From NCBI GenBank assembly GCA_015680685.1, contig MNCI01001685.1, positions 1-64,000 of the forward strand: a stretch of DNA of 64,000 nt, written 5' to 3'. A program made the position numbers and the translations under genes. Of the stretch, positions 38,180-52,463 are shown in pieces. The stretch comes from Gnetum montanum. Its lineage: Eukaryota; Plantae; Gnetophyta. Each line of letters starts with the position of its first letter. Positions within the stretch are counted from its first letter, which is position 1. The notes under the pieces were generated by a model. That model made no database searches, was not told the DNA's origin, and saw nothing but the letters and a program-made list of their open reading frames with translations.

Positions 38180-41100
38180 GTCACACTTTGGTTTGTAGGT
38201 TGGAGTAATCACCATAGATGCAACTACTTTTCTTCACAAGGTCTAGGTTGTGTTGGATACAAAAGAGGTAGAGGGGATGGGAATGTTATGAACGATGAAC
38301 ACGTTCATGGTCTTCTAGATAGACCAAACCATAATAGCTGCAGATGAATTTCTAGTGAGGGGTTGGATTGGATCAAGGCTGTCAACTTGCCAAGTGCTGA
38401 AAGGTCACAAATACAATAGATGTTCTCGAGTTTTAATGGAGCTAGAATTACAAAGGGAGCAAGATTTGTTTATGTTGAGGCTGCAGTTATGAAGGAAGGC
38501 TCTTGTGGGGATTGCGTGGTGCTTAACAAGCCAAAGGAAAACCTTAATTTTATTAGGGACTCTGCCTGTCAATATGATGTGGCAACCATGTATGGGAGCA
38601 TATTGTCTTCAGAATCTTTCGATGAAGCTTGGGCGGGAGGGTAGATATGTGCAATAAGTTGGTATTGTGTGCACACTACATGCCAAATGATGGAGTCTAC
38701 TAGACAAGATGTTTAAGGAAGGCACTTTCATTTGATGATCTGAATCCATGATGCATCATCATTATTATTAATCTTTTGGATCAAAGCATAGTGGCCTAGC
38801 AAAATAGCATCTTCAAAGGTTTGAATACCCAATCCTACCATATTCCTAGGGGTTGTGACCTTTTTCTAACCAACGAGATTCAACTTTGAAGCTCCTTTGC
38901 CCCCCTAGCCAAACAAAATTTCTAATAATTTGGTTAACCTTGTTGATGACTTGGTAGTGGTGGCAGGCTTGTTGAGGCAGGATACCTAGAGATGGTTGAA
39001 AGAATTGAAGAAGCAAGAAGAATCTTCCCTTTGCTTGTTAAAAAGCCATTTTCTTAGTATTCTACGCGGCCTTGTATCTTCTTAATAAAGTTCACCCACC
39101 TTGCATTCCTCTTCCATGAATAAAATGGAATCCCCACATAAGAGTCTTTAGAGGTACCACTTCCAATTTTTAAGGCCTTACGAAGTCTTGCCTTCATGAG
39201 TCCATTAGTCTGAACAAAATGAGTTGATTTTTCCCCATTGCTATGTAGTCCCAACTTCTTGCCCATTCGGTTCAAGGCCCTCTTGATCACCTTAGCCTAT
39301 GTAACGGTAGCTTTTGTTATGATGATGGTATCATCGACATTGTGATTGACATGCATGCAATTCCTTGGATTTGGAGTCCCCTAACACTGTTAGACTTGCA
39401 ATAAGCATTCATAGAATCCATGTTCAAGATAAAAAGGTAAGGGGATAGGGGGTCTTCCTAGTGAAGGCCACACTTGGGGGAGGAAAAACGCTTAAGCTGA
39501 CCATTGATGTCAATAGAATAGGCCCTTGAGTGTTGCATATGTAGACAAAGATTCACAAATTTAGGATTAAAACCCTTCCTAAGCATGATTTCTTGTAGAG
39601 CAGACCAGCTGTATCATAAGCCTTGGCAATTTCTAGCTTAAGAAACATACCTGGAATTTGGCAGATTGTGTGAAATGCATGTGTTCTTGAAGGATAAGAA
39701 TTTGATCTTGAATATACTTGCCTTTAACAAAACTAACCTGTTATGGGTCCACCAAACATGGCTTGAGTAATTGAAGATGGCAAACCAGGACCTTGGAGAA
39801 GATTTGGAGGAGGGTGTTAGATGGATTTGTAATTCAACAGCTGAGAGCAGTTCTAAATCTTGGGGATCAAGGCAATTCTAAAACAATTCATTTCCTTTCA
39901 AACTTGGTTGTTGTGGAGCATGGGGTTGAAAGAATCCTCGAGGTTGTCACCCATGATGTTAGAAAGCTCCCTGAAAAAATTGATAGGCCATCCATCTGGC
40001 CTTGGGGCCCTACCTCTTCTCATACTAAAAAAATGGCCTCGGCAATCTTTTGCTTCGAAATGGGCACCAACAGTCTTTGATTATCTTGCTGATTACAAAT
40101 TTTCTAGATAAGGATTACAATGGAAAAGGAAGCTCCCGTAGCCCATATATTCCCTAATATGTTTCCATTGTGCAAGCATCTTTGTCTGGATCATCAATGA
40201 TTTCTTCCCCTACCTTAATGAAATGTATATTTTTGGCTCCCTTGGAGGCTTTGCCATGACAAAGAAAAACTTAGTATTCCTGTCTCCCTTCTGTAACCAT
40301 TTAACCTTGGATCTTTCCTTCTAGTAAGCTTCCTCTTTGTGGATGGGGGTTTGTAGCTCTCCAAGGGCTTCCAACTCTTCTCCCATCAAGTCATGGCCTC
40401 AGTCCTGAAGAGACTGAATATTGTGGAGCCTCTGAAGCACCTATTGCTTCTGATACTTGAAAGAGTATTTATCCTCCTTCAGGTGGTTCTTTAACCCCTT
40501 CTTGACATGCAACAGGGTCTGTTTCAAAAAATTTCTTGGATCCTGATTGTTAGGGTAACAGGCCTAGATTGTAGTCACCAGTTCCTTCAACCAAGATTTA
40601 TTTAGCTAGTATCATTCAAAACGAAAAGGATAAGGGACCTTTGTGATGTTAGATGAATCTGTCATCTCTAGCAAAAGCAGCTTATGGTCTGAAGTTTTCT
40701 ACTCAAGGGCAGTTAGAGTGAAAAATGTATTCGACAAAAGAGAAGAACTTATTGAAACACAGTCAATTCTAGAAAGGACTTTTTCAACCCCTTTTCTCCA
40801 ATTGCTCTAGGTGAACTGACAACCTTGGATTTCCATATCTATTAGATGGAAATCATTAAGAAATTGAATACGTTATGCTCTCCTGTGTGGGTTTATACCC
40901 TCTCCAATTTTCTTCCAACCATCCAGCCTTTGGTTGTAATCTCCAATAACGATCTAGGCATCCAGATTTGGGATGCAAGTTGCAATTTCGTGAAGCTTAT
41001 GTAGACAGTCCACCCAAACTTGGGATCTATATGTAATACCCATTGGGTTGCAATTTCGTGAAGCTTATGTAGACAGTCGACCCAAACCTAGGGTCCATAT

Positions 41101-44100
41101 GTAATACTCATTCATAGGGAGCAAGAGCTAACACTTGAAGCCCCCAAAAAGAAAGCTAGTTGAAAGAAGAAAATGCATATGTGGCTTTCTTTCTACAACA
41201 ATCAAATTGACATTAACATATAAAATTAAAACGAAATCAACAGTAAGGTCTAGCTCTGAAATAGGTCACTCAATATTAATTTTAAGAGATAATTTTAAAA
41301 AGAAATTGCCATTGTAAAATATCTATGCAAGATTTATCAGATTAAAAAAAATCAAAGTTTTTTTATTTAACTTAAAAAGAAATAGATAATCAGAATCATT
41401 TACACATTTGTAAACCAAAGAAATGACCACAAAAGCAAATCAATTAATGATCTTAGATTTGTTCAATCACATAATAATATTTTATAATTTCCAGCAACAC
41501 GCAAAACAATACCATTTGAATTTAACTTTTGTAACCATTTTACCCTTAATCATTAAATCAAGCAATTCATATGTTCAACAGTAGGGAATAGATAGATCAC
41601 AACCATAAAGTAACATCCTAGGTTTTCCTCAACTCCACCAGCTTATAGAAAGACATCAAAATCAGACTTGAGAAGGCATAGGAAAAAAAGTATAATTCAA
41701 GATTCAGATCCAAGATTTATGCATTCAAAAGAGGAGGTTTGATTAACCAAATTCCAACCAAACCCAAGAATTCAACAATTCTAAAGCATTCACAATTATC
41801 CATGGGCCCAAGGATACTCTCACTTTCTACTGGTAGTACCAATCCTCATATCAGGGATCCTTAGCCCCTATTGGCAATCTTTTGCCAAAGATGCCCCAAA
41901 TTGTTATGGGTGTTTTTGAATCGTTACAGAAACAACTCTCATCTAAGTCATTTAGGTGTGAGAGTGCAGAGGATGGGTGGAGAGATCCAGAAAAAGCAAA
42001 AAGATTTCAACAATCCAAGCTTACAACAACAATCTTGATAATTTCATACAAGCATTGTGAAGGTGGTTGGGCAAGCAAGAAGTGAGAAGTTGAGAAAATC
42101 ATCCCTTGTTAGCCATTACCAAACATAATAGAGATGAATTATTTTACCTCCTTGCTTAGATATCTTGCTTACTAGGAGGAATTATTAGAATATTGGATTG
42201 CTATGCAACACTTGTTTTCTTTCTCTCTGCTATCTCCTGTAGCAGCCACAGTCTTCTCTCCCTTCCCAGCCACACTCCTTGCTACTGTACCCCTTTTTTT
42301 TTGGTCTTGCTCAACTACTTTTGCCTTGTGTGTTTTTTCCCTCTCCTCCTCTCCCTATTTGTAGGTGGAATAAAAGATAATGAAAGGTTTCTTGTAATTG
42401 ACTCTTTCTTGGGAACTATTTGTTTTCTTTTCTTTCTTTTTAAAGTTCTTTTTTTTTTCATAGCAATGGGTCATGAGTTCAATTCTTTTCATGATCACTA
42501 TAAAAAATCAATAAAATATGTATATTCACAGGTTGTAGGTTTAATTCCTAAATCAACAATTTTTGATATTTCGGAATTCAGATTTTGCTAGATCTCAGTT
42601 TCAATTCCTCTGATAATTACATAACATTCCAACATAATATCTATCTTTGTATCATTTAGAGTTGTCATAAAATGCAAGGAAAGAGTTTTCAAAATAGATT
42701 CATAATAAAGGCAATTTAGGATACATAATGAAATAAGACACCTTCTTTTTCAGGTCATTAGTGATATGAATTTTCCTATCATTTTATGAGCCTTGAAAGG
42801 TCATTATGTGACCTTTTTATAGCCATGGAGAGGGTACTTATACTCTACTATTTTAAACTAAAAAGAACAATGCATCACATTTAGATAAAATAAAAAATAA
42901 AATAAAATATAAAGCTATGGTATTTGCACACAATATCCCTGATTCATGGGTCAGGTTCCTCTAGCTTGATTCATAAGTCAAGTTCCTTAATAATGAACAT
43001 TCTTTTGCATTCCTTTTTCAAATCATTTACATCTCAACATACCTATTTTAGCTCTTGAGGCACACCTTAGAGTATTGTCTTTTGTTTCTCAGCATCTCTG
43101 TTGAAATAGAACAGTAAATATTTTGTTTTCCTAGATATTTATTATTATTATTATTTTAAAACATTCCCAGCATGTATTTTAAAGCATATTTCTTATGCAT
43201 AAAGTATTTAAACATTTGATTATAATACATATAAAAATTAGGTCAATAAATTTATTACTATTCCAATCAATCATTTCCACCATAGTCCAAGCAAAGTGCA
43301 CACACAACCTAACAACAAAGCATGCACACAAACACACAGAAAGACTATTACAATCATTAACATAAAAATTCAAGGAGAAGTGGTTTGTTACACCATAAAA
43401 GTTGGTCAAGTAGATCTTTAGAGAAGGCATAAACATTGTTATGCTTTAGTTGGAGTTACAAAGCAATACGATAGACAATGTTGTGAGGGTAGCCAAGCCC
43501 CCAGTGTGGTTTGTAGAGTCAACAAAACATGAATGCCATCCTTCCCATTGTAGCACCTTTCTATGAATGGTTGGCAACTTAGTCTTTTGCAAAAAGACAA
43601 TATCACACTTCCATGTTTAACTATATTTTTTAGGGTAAGTCTTTTGTAAAGGGCACCTTGTCCCTTACAATGCCAATTGAGAATCTCAATGGTCTACCAA
43701 TAGAGTGCTTATTGTAGATCTTCTTTAAGGTCCCTTGAATACCTAAAATCTAAATCCGGCTTAATCTTCATAAGATGTGTTTCCTATGTGCTTGGCCTTG
43801 TAGCTTTTTTGTGCTTAAGATAGACCTTGAATCCCTCATTTTTCTCCTTTAGAATCAGTGGCTTGATAGGTTCCATTGAAGGGGTAGAAGAACCCCAAAT
43901 GGAGAAACCCATGGAGCAAGGGGAGGAAGGTCTCCATTGGCTGAGGAATCACCCTTCCCAATCTATTTAGCCATATATGCCTTTGCCTCTTTGTTGGCTA
44001 TATCAACATTATCATCTTGAACTCCCTTCAGCTCCACGGAAGCCCTCCTACCTTGTGCCGACTCTTTAGTGCCAAGAATTTCATTGGTATTCTCCTTATT

Positions 44101-45300
44101 GTTCTTTGTGATCCGAGCTTCTTGCTTCAAAAGCACAGTAAATTAATTCTTTGAAGGCCTTGAGGAGCCTTTACCATTAGGACTTGCATGCTCATTCAAG
44201 GCTGAAGAGGAATTTCCCTACTTCAGTTGCAGGGAGTTTTGGTGGTTGACACTTTCAATTAACAACTTGCCATTCTGGTTTATTTAGCTTGCCCATTTCA
44301 GCCTCATGATAGCTGTGTGCCCTGCATTCTTTTGCTTGATGATTCAACTTCCCACAAAAAATCGCATCCTTTTCACAGCTCCTAGGAAATCTTGCAATTT
44401 GTGGGGATATTTTCGTACTCAACTATGAGAACCTCCTTCCCATAAAGAACCTCCTTCTAGACTTCATTTAGTAGGTCCAAGTCCTAAAGAGATTGCCAAA
44501 CATAGAGACACTCATAGCCCATCTTAGATTTGGATGTCGTGAATTTATCAAAAGTGATATATTCACCGAAGAAACCAACAAGCATTTTTGAAAAAAGAGT
44601 CAGTCCAAAACTCCCATGGGAGCCTTGAAATCTGGATCCAAATTGGGACCTTATCGAATAGCCTAGGATCTTTGTGGGCACCAGGACACTAGTGAATAAG
44701 GGTAAGCCCATAAGCACTGGGAAACCAAGGGCCTTCCTCAATGTTTTCTCTCAATCTTCCAAAGATTGGAAGATAAAGAACAAGTGGTCATCGTGCAAGG
44801 TCCTCACGTCCTCCTCCTTGATCCCCCAAAATGCCACAATCCAATGCTTTATTAGGTCAATCCATGACCTGGTACTAGCGGAGACAAATTTTCTGATCAA
44901 ACTCCTTTGGAGAGTTTGCATGTTTGGAGTCATATGCAGCCTAAGATTCCCATAATCTTGACAAATTGCAGCATTACCTCCTTCACTCGACCTTCATGAT
45001 GCTAGAGGGCTAGGGCACGAACTTCATTTGAGGCCCTCAAAGCTCCGCTCATGTTCATCCCATCCATCGCAAGCCAAGCCTAAAGCCTCCTTCTTTAGGC
45101 CTTCTTTTGTTGAAACCTTGTTGCCTAGATTGATGACTCCATCTGCTATGCCGCAACCCACAACATCCTCTTCCATCACATGAGACACCTTCTCCTGTAC
45201 TCTCCCTACATTTGTAGCGCTGACCGCAACACCTTCAACCTTAGCCAAACTAGTGCTCCACGCCAACCCCACTCTCCTCATAGCATTCTCCAGCAACTCC
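38180..45300 (-). mobile_element. Near full-length decayed L1-type LINE, interrupted by the insertion at ~41170-43460
   Basis: Minus-strand motifs: ORF1 VPIWIQISRLPWEFW (~44620) and EYENIPTNC; endonuclease ILNWHCKG (~43670), VIGDYN, FT*SN, SRIDC, SDHK; RT APRPDG, LKLEIAKAYD, GLH*EDPLSPYLF, VDD. Confidence 0.88.
41200..43392. mobile_element. LTR-like repeat, copy B, inserted in the L1 endonuclease domain
   Basis: Homologous to 33400-37269; separates L1 endonuclease motifs at ~43500 and ~40950. Confidence 0.6.
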
Positions 45301-46004
45301 ATCCATTTGTTAGTACAAACTTAATTTTTTATAGATTTTCTCTGACTTTTTGTTATTGTATTTGTCCCATGTAAAACTCTATAGAAATTGCTTCAAATAT
45401 CATGGACTGTTAAAGCTCCTCCAACGTTTGGTTTTCCATGATCCAAAAAAAAAAAAATACTGTAGGTGAATACCTCAAATAACACTATCAAATAAAAATT
45501 AATTTCTACAAATCACACGGCTATGGTAGAAAGCTGTTTTCGAGCAACATCATTTAATTAGATCTGAAGCTCAGACATAAAACATCTTTGCCAAGTCTCT
45601 TGGAGGAATCAAATTTGATAAATCTAGAAGCAGTGAAATTGCTAAGAGTGATTACTTGCAGAAACCTAGTACATTCACTATGATATCTATTTTTGCATTT
45701 TCAGTTTAGCTGGCATGCTAAGCATTTATTTTTCCTTTTAATGAAAGTATTAGCTAGAGTCTAATATCAACTAAACTCACTGCATAGAAAATAAGGGCAC
45801 TTTGGCTGACTTCGGCAAAAGTGAATGAGGTCATATAGCTAAGGTTTAGCAAACCATTCTACTAGATTAAAAGTCTATATGGCTTTTAAATTTTTAATGT
45901 TTAGAAACCTTGTGATAATGTTGGCATTATAAAGTAGTAAGGGGGAGAATGATGAAAAATAAGATTATTATTTATGGACTCATTTTATTATCAGTGGCTG
46001 TTTA

Positions 46005-46785
46005 TACTAATATTGTCTTGGTTGATACAACTCATGAAAGTGTTTCTTCTAAAATGGAAAAGTAGAGACATGCTCTAGAATCCAAAGGCTGAAGTAAGAC
46101 AGAACATATGGAACGAAATTTCAATAACTTAAACAATGGTGAAGTAGAAGTGACAATTTAACGCCAAAAAGTCCCTCACTACAAACTCCACTACCTAAGA
46201 TGAATGCTCCAATCAAATGGTGAAATTGATAAAGATATAAGAAATAGGATTGAGAGGTAGGATGGTCAAAATGGAGACAAGATAGTGGTGTTCTATATGA
46301 TAAAAAGAATCTCAATAAAAGTAAAGGGAAAATTTTATAGGATAGTCATTAGGTTTGCTATCTTATATGGTAGTGAATGTTAGGTAGTACAAAATAGGCA
46401 TGAACAACAAACTGATGTGACAGAAATGTGAATGCTTAAATGGATGTTGAAAGTTATAAGAAGGGATAAACTATACAATCCAGACATTAGATGAAGACTT
46501 GGAGTTATATTTTAGATAAGCTACAAAAATGATGTCTTAAATGGTTTGGGCATGTGCAAAGAAGATTAGATAATGAGCATATTAAAAAATATTGCTACAT
46601 CATTGTTCCAAGAAAGCCACCATAAACAAGATTAAAAAAGACATGAGAAAAAAATGATTGAAGATGATTTGAGGAAATTGCACATAAATAAATATCTAGC
46701 TCTTCATAGAAGCAAATGGTGAAAGAGAACTCATGTAGACAACCCCATTTTTTTAAGACAAGGCTATGATGATGATGATAATGAT
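46005..46785 (+). mobile_element. 5'-truncated RTE-clade LINE
   Basis: GEIDKDIRNRIEVGWSKWRQDSGVLYDK... homologous to 57825-58670; (GAT)n tail at 46765-46785. Confidence 0.85.
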
Positions 46786-47040
46786 TTATACCAATGTTTT
46801 TTTAGTGTATTCCTAATTCATTGGCATGTCAACTAATAGATTGTAAGCTAAAACTTCATTTGTGGTATGTGCTTGGATTAAATATATTGGGATCAAGTAT
46901 AAGAACTCACTCTATGAATGTTTATTTATTTAATCTAGATATTTAATTAGCATCACCCTAGTCATCATTTATAGTTCTCCCATCTTACCACTAGTCATAT
47001 AACCAATAAATTTCTACATATTGGAGAAATATAATCAATG

Positions 47041-47096
47041 AGGTGTTAGCCTAATGGTAAAGGTCTTAGCTTGGTAACTCTATGTCACAGGTTCCA
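47041..47096 (+). mobile_element. tRNA-derived SINE head fragment
   Basis: A-box-like TAGCCTAATGGTA and a truncated B-box GGTTCC. Confidence 0.35.
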
Positions 47097-47318
47097 TAAA
47101 AGGAATTCTGAAACTAGTCTGATAGATCCAAGGGCTCTCAATGGACATAAGTGAAAATTTCAATTTCAATTTCAGTAATTATGTTTCATCCTCCTTTGTC
47201 AAAGAATCTTTACAAAGAGTTGCTATGTGAATCTTTTGAATGTGATGCAATGGGGTGCTACTATTGGACCTCACTTGAAGGGACTAATCCACTATCTTCA
47301 TGTTGCATTATTGCACAT

Positions 47319-50300
47319 TGTTATCGATGTGAAACCAAATCTTGTAGCATTATTGTTTAATTGGAACATATGCCATTTATGTAAGTGATGAGTTATTGTT
47401 AGTTAATGAGTTCTTTCTAAATGGTTTTGTGAGGTTTATTTTTAATTTAGAAGTAATTCTTTGGAAGTTAATACATTGTTGAGATCCTTGTAGATGTTTC
47501 TAGATTAAGGCTTGTAACATGTCTTTCCCTAATTAAGGGCCAGATCCCTTGTCATTATATGTAAACATCTCATTTGGATCAATTGAGCAATACTAGTTGG
47601 GCTTCTTCTATGAAGGAATTCCTTTATTTGAGGGGTTTACCTAGTAAATCTTGTATTTCTTATTTGCTATTTTGCATCAACTACTATCTTGGTGCTAGTT
47701 TTGGTTTTTGCATTTTGTTCATTATTTTCAAAATTTTTCAGTGATGTTATCTTTATGTTTTTTCTCACACACTTATGCTTTCTTGTCCATTTGCCCAAAT
47801 GTGGTGTTTGTCTCCAACACCATGGTATTGGAGCAAAGTTAAGGGCTTCTTGGTTTTTTCTCTATGATGGGTTCTTTTGTGCAACTTGGAGCAAGGTTCA
47901 ATAGTGCACAAGTGTGATTTTGTAGAGAATAAAATTTTATGAAAGTCTTAAAGTGGGAGTTGTAGGAATTTTAGGTTGTAGTAGTGTTGTTTGCGACAAT
48001 AGAGAAATAAGTGTGGAGGTAAATTTTATGTTGTTTCTTTGGATTTGATTGGAGGATTTTATTTTTGGACTTTCGTGTCTGAGTGAAAGTTATGGATTCA
48101 AACATGGTTCTTATTTACAAGTTCGATGGAAATTTCTATGGCCTTTGGAAGATGAAGGTCATAGATTTGTCTTATGAAAAGAAATGGGATGTTGTTTAGA
48201 CTAGAAAATGTTCTATGACCACTAAAGATTTTTAAATTAGATTGAAGGGCACTAGGTTTGATTTATAGGTGCATTGTAGATTCAATTTTGGAGAATTACT
48301 AGGAGGAAAAAGCAACATTAGATTTGCTTAGGAAATTAGTATCAAGGTTTGAAGCTACTATATCTTTTAATAGGGATTTTTTACAGAGGAAATTATATTG
48401 GCATGGAATGCAAGAAGTTGAAATACTCTTTGAAGTTTTGCAAAATTTAATGACATAGTAACAAATCTAGAAGTAGAGGGTTACAAGGTTTTGAATGATC
48501 AACACTCATTGATCATGTTGGAAGCATTACTATGGAGCTAAGGTCTTACAGTAACAACAATCATTGGAGTAATGGACTAGGAGGAAGTAGTCACCAATCT
48601 TTGAATGGAAGAAGTGCATCATTCTCAAAATAGAGAAACTTCATCAAGAAGTCAAGTGCTGGTTACAAAGAGCATTAAAAAAAAAGAGGATACCATTTTG
48701 CTGGAAATGTAGTAAATATGGGCATATAAAGAAAAATTGCAAGTTTGCTTTTGTTGGAGTTGTATTTGAAGTAGAAGAAGGAATTAAATTTTGATGTTTA
48801 TTTTGTTCTATGGATGTTGTATAGTTTGATTTTTTTTTAGTTTTGCGTTCATTTTTATGTTTACTATATGAAGAAAGGTGAATCTATTAACACTAAAGAG
48901 GGATTCATTAAAATTGGCCATTTTGGATCTCTCTTACATAAGTGAGACTATTTCTTGTCTATTTATTCATAGGTTAGACACAATATCTTAGTTTTGTAGG
49001 ATTTCTACAAGGCCTTAGTGTCATGGTGGGGAGCTTTCAAGTTTTGTAGTAATTTCAGTTGTGTTCTCTCTATTGTGTTCCTACTGTTGGTCAATTTAGG
49101 CATGGAAGTTTTCTTGTTGATGATAGTTTTATAGGGAGGTGCATCATTGAAACAAGATGTCATGTGAATGGAGGTAGTAATGTTTTCATGGAGCAGACTA
49201 GTTGCTTAATGGAGAAGCAACATTGGTCTTCAAGTGGGAGATTGTTATGAATGTGAAGCTAAATCTTGCAGTTTTATTGTTTAATTGATATATATGGTCT
49301 TTTTGTAAGAAATGAGCTATTGTTAGTTAATTAATTCTTTTTAGATGATTTTGTGAGATCTATTTCTAATTTAGAAGTGATCATTTGAAATATTCTACAT
49401 TGTTGAGATTCTTCTAGTGTTACAAAATATAACATAAGAAAAATCCCAGATTGAAAGCAAGCAAATAACACATTGATTTACGTGGAAACCCTATGTGAAA
49501 AAAACCACAGGAAAGGGCACAAAACTTTCTATTTCTTCAAGGAGCAAAAGAATGAAAAATAACATCATGTGACCTGAATACTTTCTTATCGGCGGGATCC
49601 ATAATTTTTAACCAAGATTATCACCACCATATCCAATGAAAATGCATCTATGTGCATATCCATCAAGTTTAGTTGTATTTTGCTGATGGGCATAAGCTTC
49701 ATAGCCAAAAACCCTTAGGTGAGAAAGACTAAGTGCTCTCCCACTCCAATAAATTTTGGTACCTCGTCTTAAAGAGCTGAATGAGGGGACCTGATGATTA
49801 AATAATTAATAGTTACTGCTGCTTCAGCCTAAACTTACTTTTGAACACTAGGCTGTTGCAACAAAGAATGTAGCCTCTCCAAAACAGTTCTATTATACCT
49901 CTTAGCTATGGCATTTTTTAGCGGAGTATATGGTAGAGTTTTGCTATGAATAATTCCATTTTCTGTACAAAAATTTTCAAACATGTTGGAGGTATACTTC
50001 CCTCCATTATTAGTCACAAGACATTTGATGCTGCAACCAGATTCTTTCTCAACTCTAACTTTAAATTTTTTGAAAACGTTAAAACTCTGTCTTTCAAAGA
50101 CACAGGAAACACCCTAATCTTCTGATTAAAATTGTCTATAAATGTAACAAAATACAAAACTCCACCAAAAGATCTAATAAACATTGGGCCAACAACAATC
50201 GGATAAACCAAATCCAACTTAGAATTTCTTTTATTACTAGAACCAGATCATTTGAAGTTTATCTTTTTGATTTTGCAACTGCACAATCTTTGCAGAAATC

Positions 50301-52127
50301 CAATGAAACAGATTTGAAATTGGGAAGCATTTTCTTTGTAGTTAGAATCTTGATTCCTATTTCGCTGAGATGGCCAAGTCTCTTATGCCAAAGAGACATG
50401 CCCTCCTTATTTGCAACAGCAACAATTGCTCCCACTACACCTGCATGTGGTAAATACTATGTTCCTTTCTTCTTACCACTAGAATCATGGAACTCTTTAC
50501 AATCTTACAACCATTGACTCCAAATGAAATAAAACAACTAGTAGTATCAAGTTGTCTAGGAGAGATCAAGTTCTTTGAAAGTTGTGGTATTTGTCAAACC
50601 TCATTAAACAATAGCTTCCTACCATTCGAATCTTGTAACATGATTGAACCAATTCCTTTAATGTCACAACATCTGTCATCACCATAAAGGTGCATTCATT
50701 TGCAACTTTTGTGTAGGTTCAAAACATTGAAGCATCTAGGCACATATGGACTGAAGCTCCTGAATCCAGAATCCAAACATTGGAGCTGCAATAAGCATGA
50801 CATCTACTTCTCCATCATAACTCTAGCCTTGACCATTTTCATGGTCTTGCGGCCTTTGTCCTTTGTTGCTACCTTGGCTTCAAGAAGATGACCCTTCTTG
50901 TGGCAATACCAACATTCAAGGTCTCTGTATGTCTGAGTTTTCCAGAGTTCATGTGCTTGGGAGATTCCTCTGTATGTTTGCAATATGCCGCTACTAAGAC
51001 ATGGGTGTATGGTTGTGAGAGTGAGAGCTTTCCTATTGAGCATCTCCCATTCCACATCAGTATATTTCTTCTGCCAGTTAGCATTTAACATACTAGATTC
51101 AGCCTTACTGTTATCATTAGACTTGAGAACAATATCGCAGTCCTTGAAGAAAAGAACATCTTCCATTAAGATCTTCCAATTTCCCAAGTTCTCAATTCCG
51201 ACTAATCTGTCCATTTTCAACAGGTGTTCCATTCATGAGCACCAAAAATGCGATTTACCCAAAACTGCAAAAATTGTATGGATATGGTATGGAGGCAACT
51301 TGCTTTGTTCAGTTGTGCTTGCTAGGGTTCACTGATACGAACAACACTATTGTGTAACAACCCTTGCACACCAAATCTGTGTGCTTCAATTCAGAATAGA
51401 AAATCTCTAAAATTTCTTGTTACAAAATATAGCATAGGAAAAATCCCAGATTGAAAGCAAGCAAACAACACAACAATTTACGTGGAAACCCTATGTGGGA
51501 AAAACCATAGAAAAAGATGCAAATCTATCTATTTCTTCAAAGAGCAAAAGAATTGGTAATTATAACCAAACCCCTAAGCACCTTATATAGGGTTAGGGTT
51601 CCAAGCTAACTCATAGTTAAGTTCCTGACACCTCACCTTTTTTTTCACTTTTAATTAACTATTATAAGGGAGTTTTCATAACTTCCCTTTACAACACTCC
51701 TTTTGTTTTTATTTTTTATTTTTTATACAAAAGAGTCAATGTTAAAACATAACATTATAACAAATTTGGCTTCACACATCAACATCTAAAAGCAGGACTT
51801 CTGGATGTTTCTGGATTGGAATCTGTAACATGGCTTTGCCTATTTAATGGTTGAATCCATAGTCATTGTGTGTGAACACTTCAGTTGGGTTGATTGAACA
51901 ATAAGAGGTAAGCTTCTTTGGTAGAGTTTTCCCTCTGTGCTTGAGGATTTTAGTTGGTAAATCTTATGTTACTTATTTGCCATTTTACGTCAACTGATGT
52001 GGTTGTGGGTTTGGTTTTGCATTTATTTCATTTTCTTTAGGATTTTTGGCAGTGCTATCTCTTTGTTTTCTCTTGCATGCTATTGTTTTTCTGGTCCATC
52101 TGTTCCACAATGCTGTTTTATCCAACA
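47319..52127 (+). mobile_element. Gag-only Copia-type LTR element with another Copia nested in its 3' LTR
   Basis: 5' LTR 47319-47819; PBS TGGTATTGGAGC at 47823; gag KFDGNFYGLWKMKV (~48120) and CWKCSKYGHIKKNC (~48699); PPT AAGTGGGAGA; 3' LTR 49243-49417 plus ~51785-52127. TSD CACAT on both sides. Confidence 0.9.
49418..51784 (-). mobile_element. Internally deleted Ty1/Copia element (gag-PR-IN; RT/RNase H lost)
   Basis: LTR 51418-51784 and partial LTR 49418-~49553. gag NWKILMEDVLF and CWYCHKKGH; protease WILDSGASVHMC; LWHKRLGHLS; integrase TNNGGKY...PYTPLKNAIAKRYNRT; HLRVFG. Flanks TCTAG/TCTAA. Confidence 0.88.
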
Positions 52128-52463
52128 CACATTGCTCCTGAAAAACAACCTATTATTAACAAGAATTCTTGAAATAGAACTCCTTAAGTGAACAATAATA
52201 AAATTTTAAAGGTAGATGCAAGATCAATGCTTGCAGAGTTGCATGACTGCATTAATAAGTTCAATGTTTGCGAAAGTTCACCCTGCACTTATTAAAATTA
52301 CATATCATCATCATCATGGCATCTTTATCCCAACAACATGGGCTAACTTGTTAAGGTGGGCAGATAAATTGATAATAATTTTGATGATTGGCTGTTTACC
52401 TGACATCCCTGAATGTGTATTTTTATCATCCCACCAGCTGGCAACTATCTCAACATAATTCTT

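Noticed and set aside
37270-38180. Possible decayed coding remnant on the minus strand
   Set aside because: Lys/Glu-rich fragments, but no diagnostic motif could be read; family not assignable.
42193-42591. 132-aa hydrophobic ORF, and similar F/L-rich ORFs at 28837, 35498 and 47689
   Set aside because: By-products of T-rich repeat or intron sequence; no splice-compatible context or motifs.
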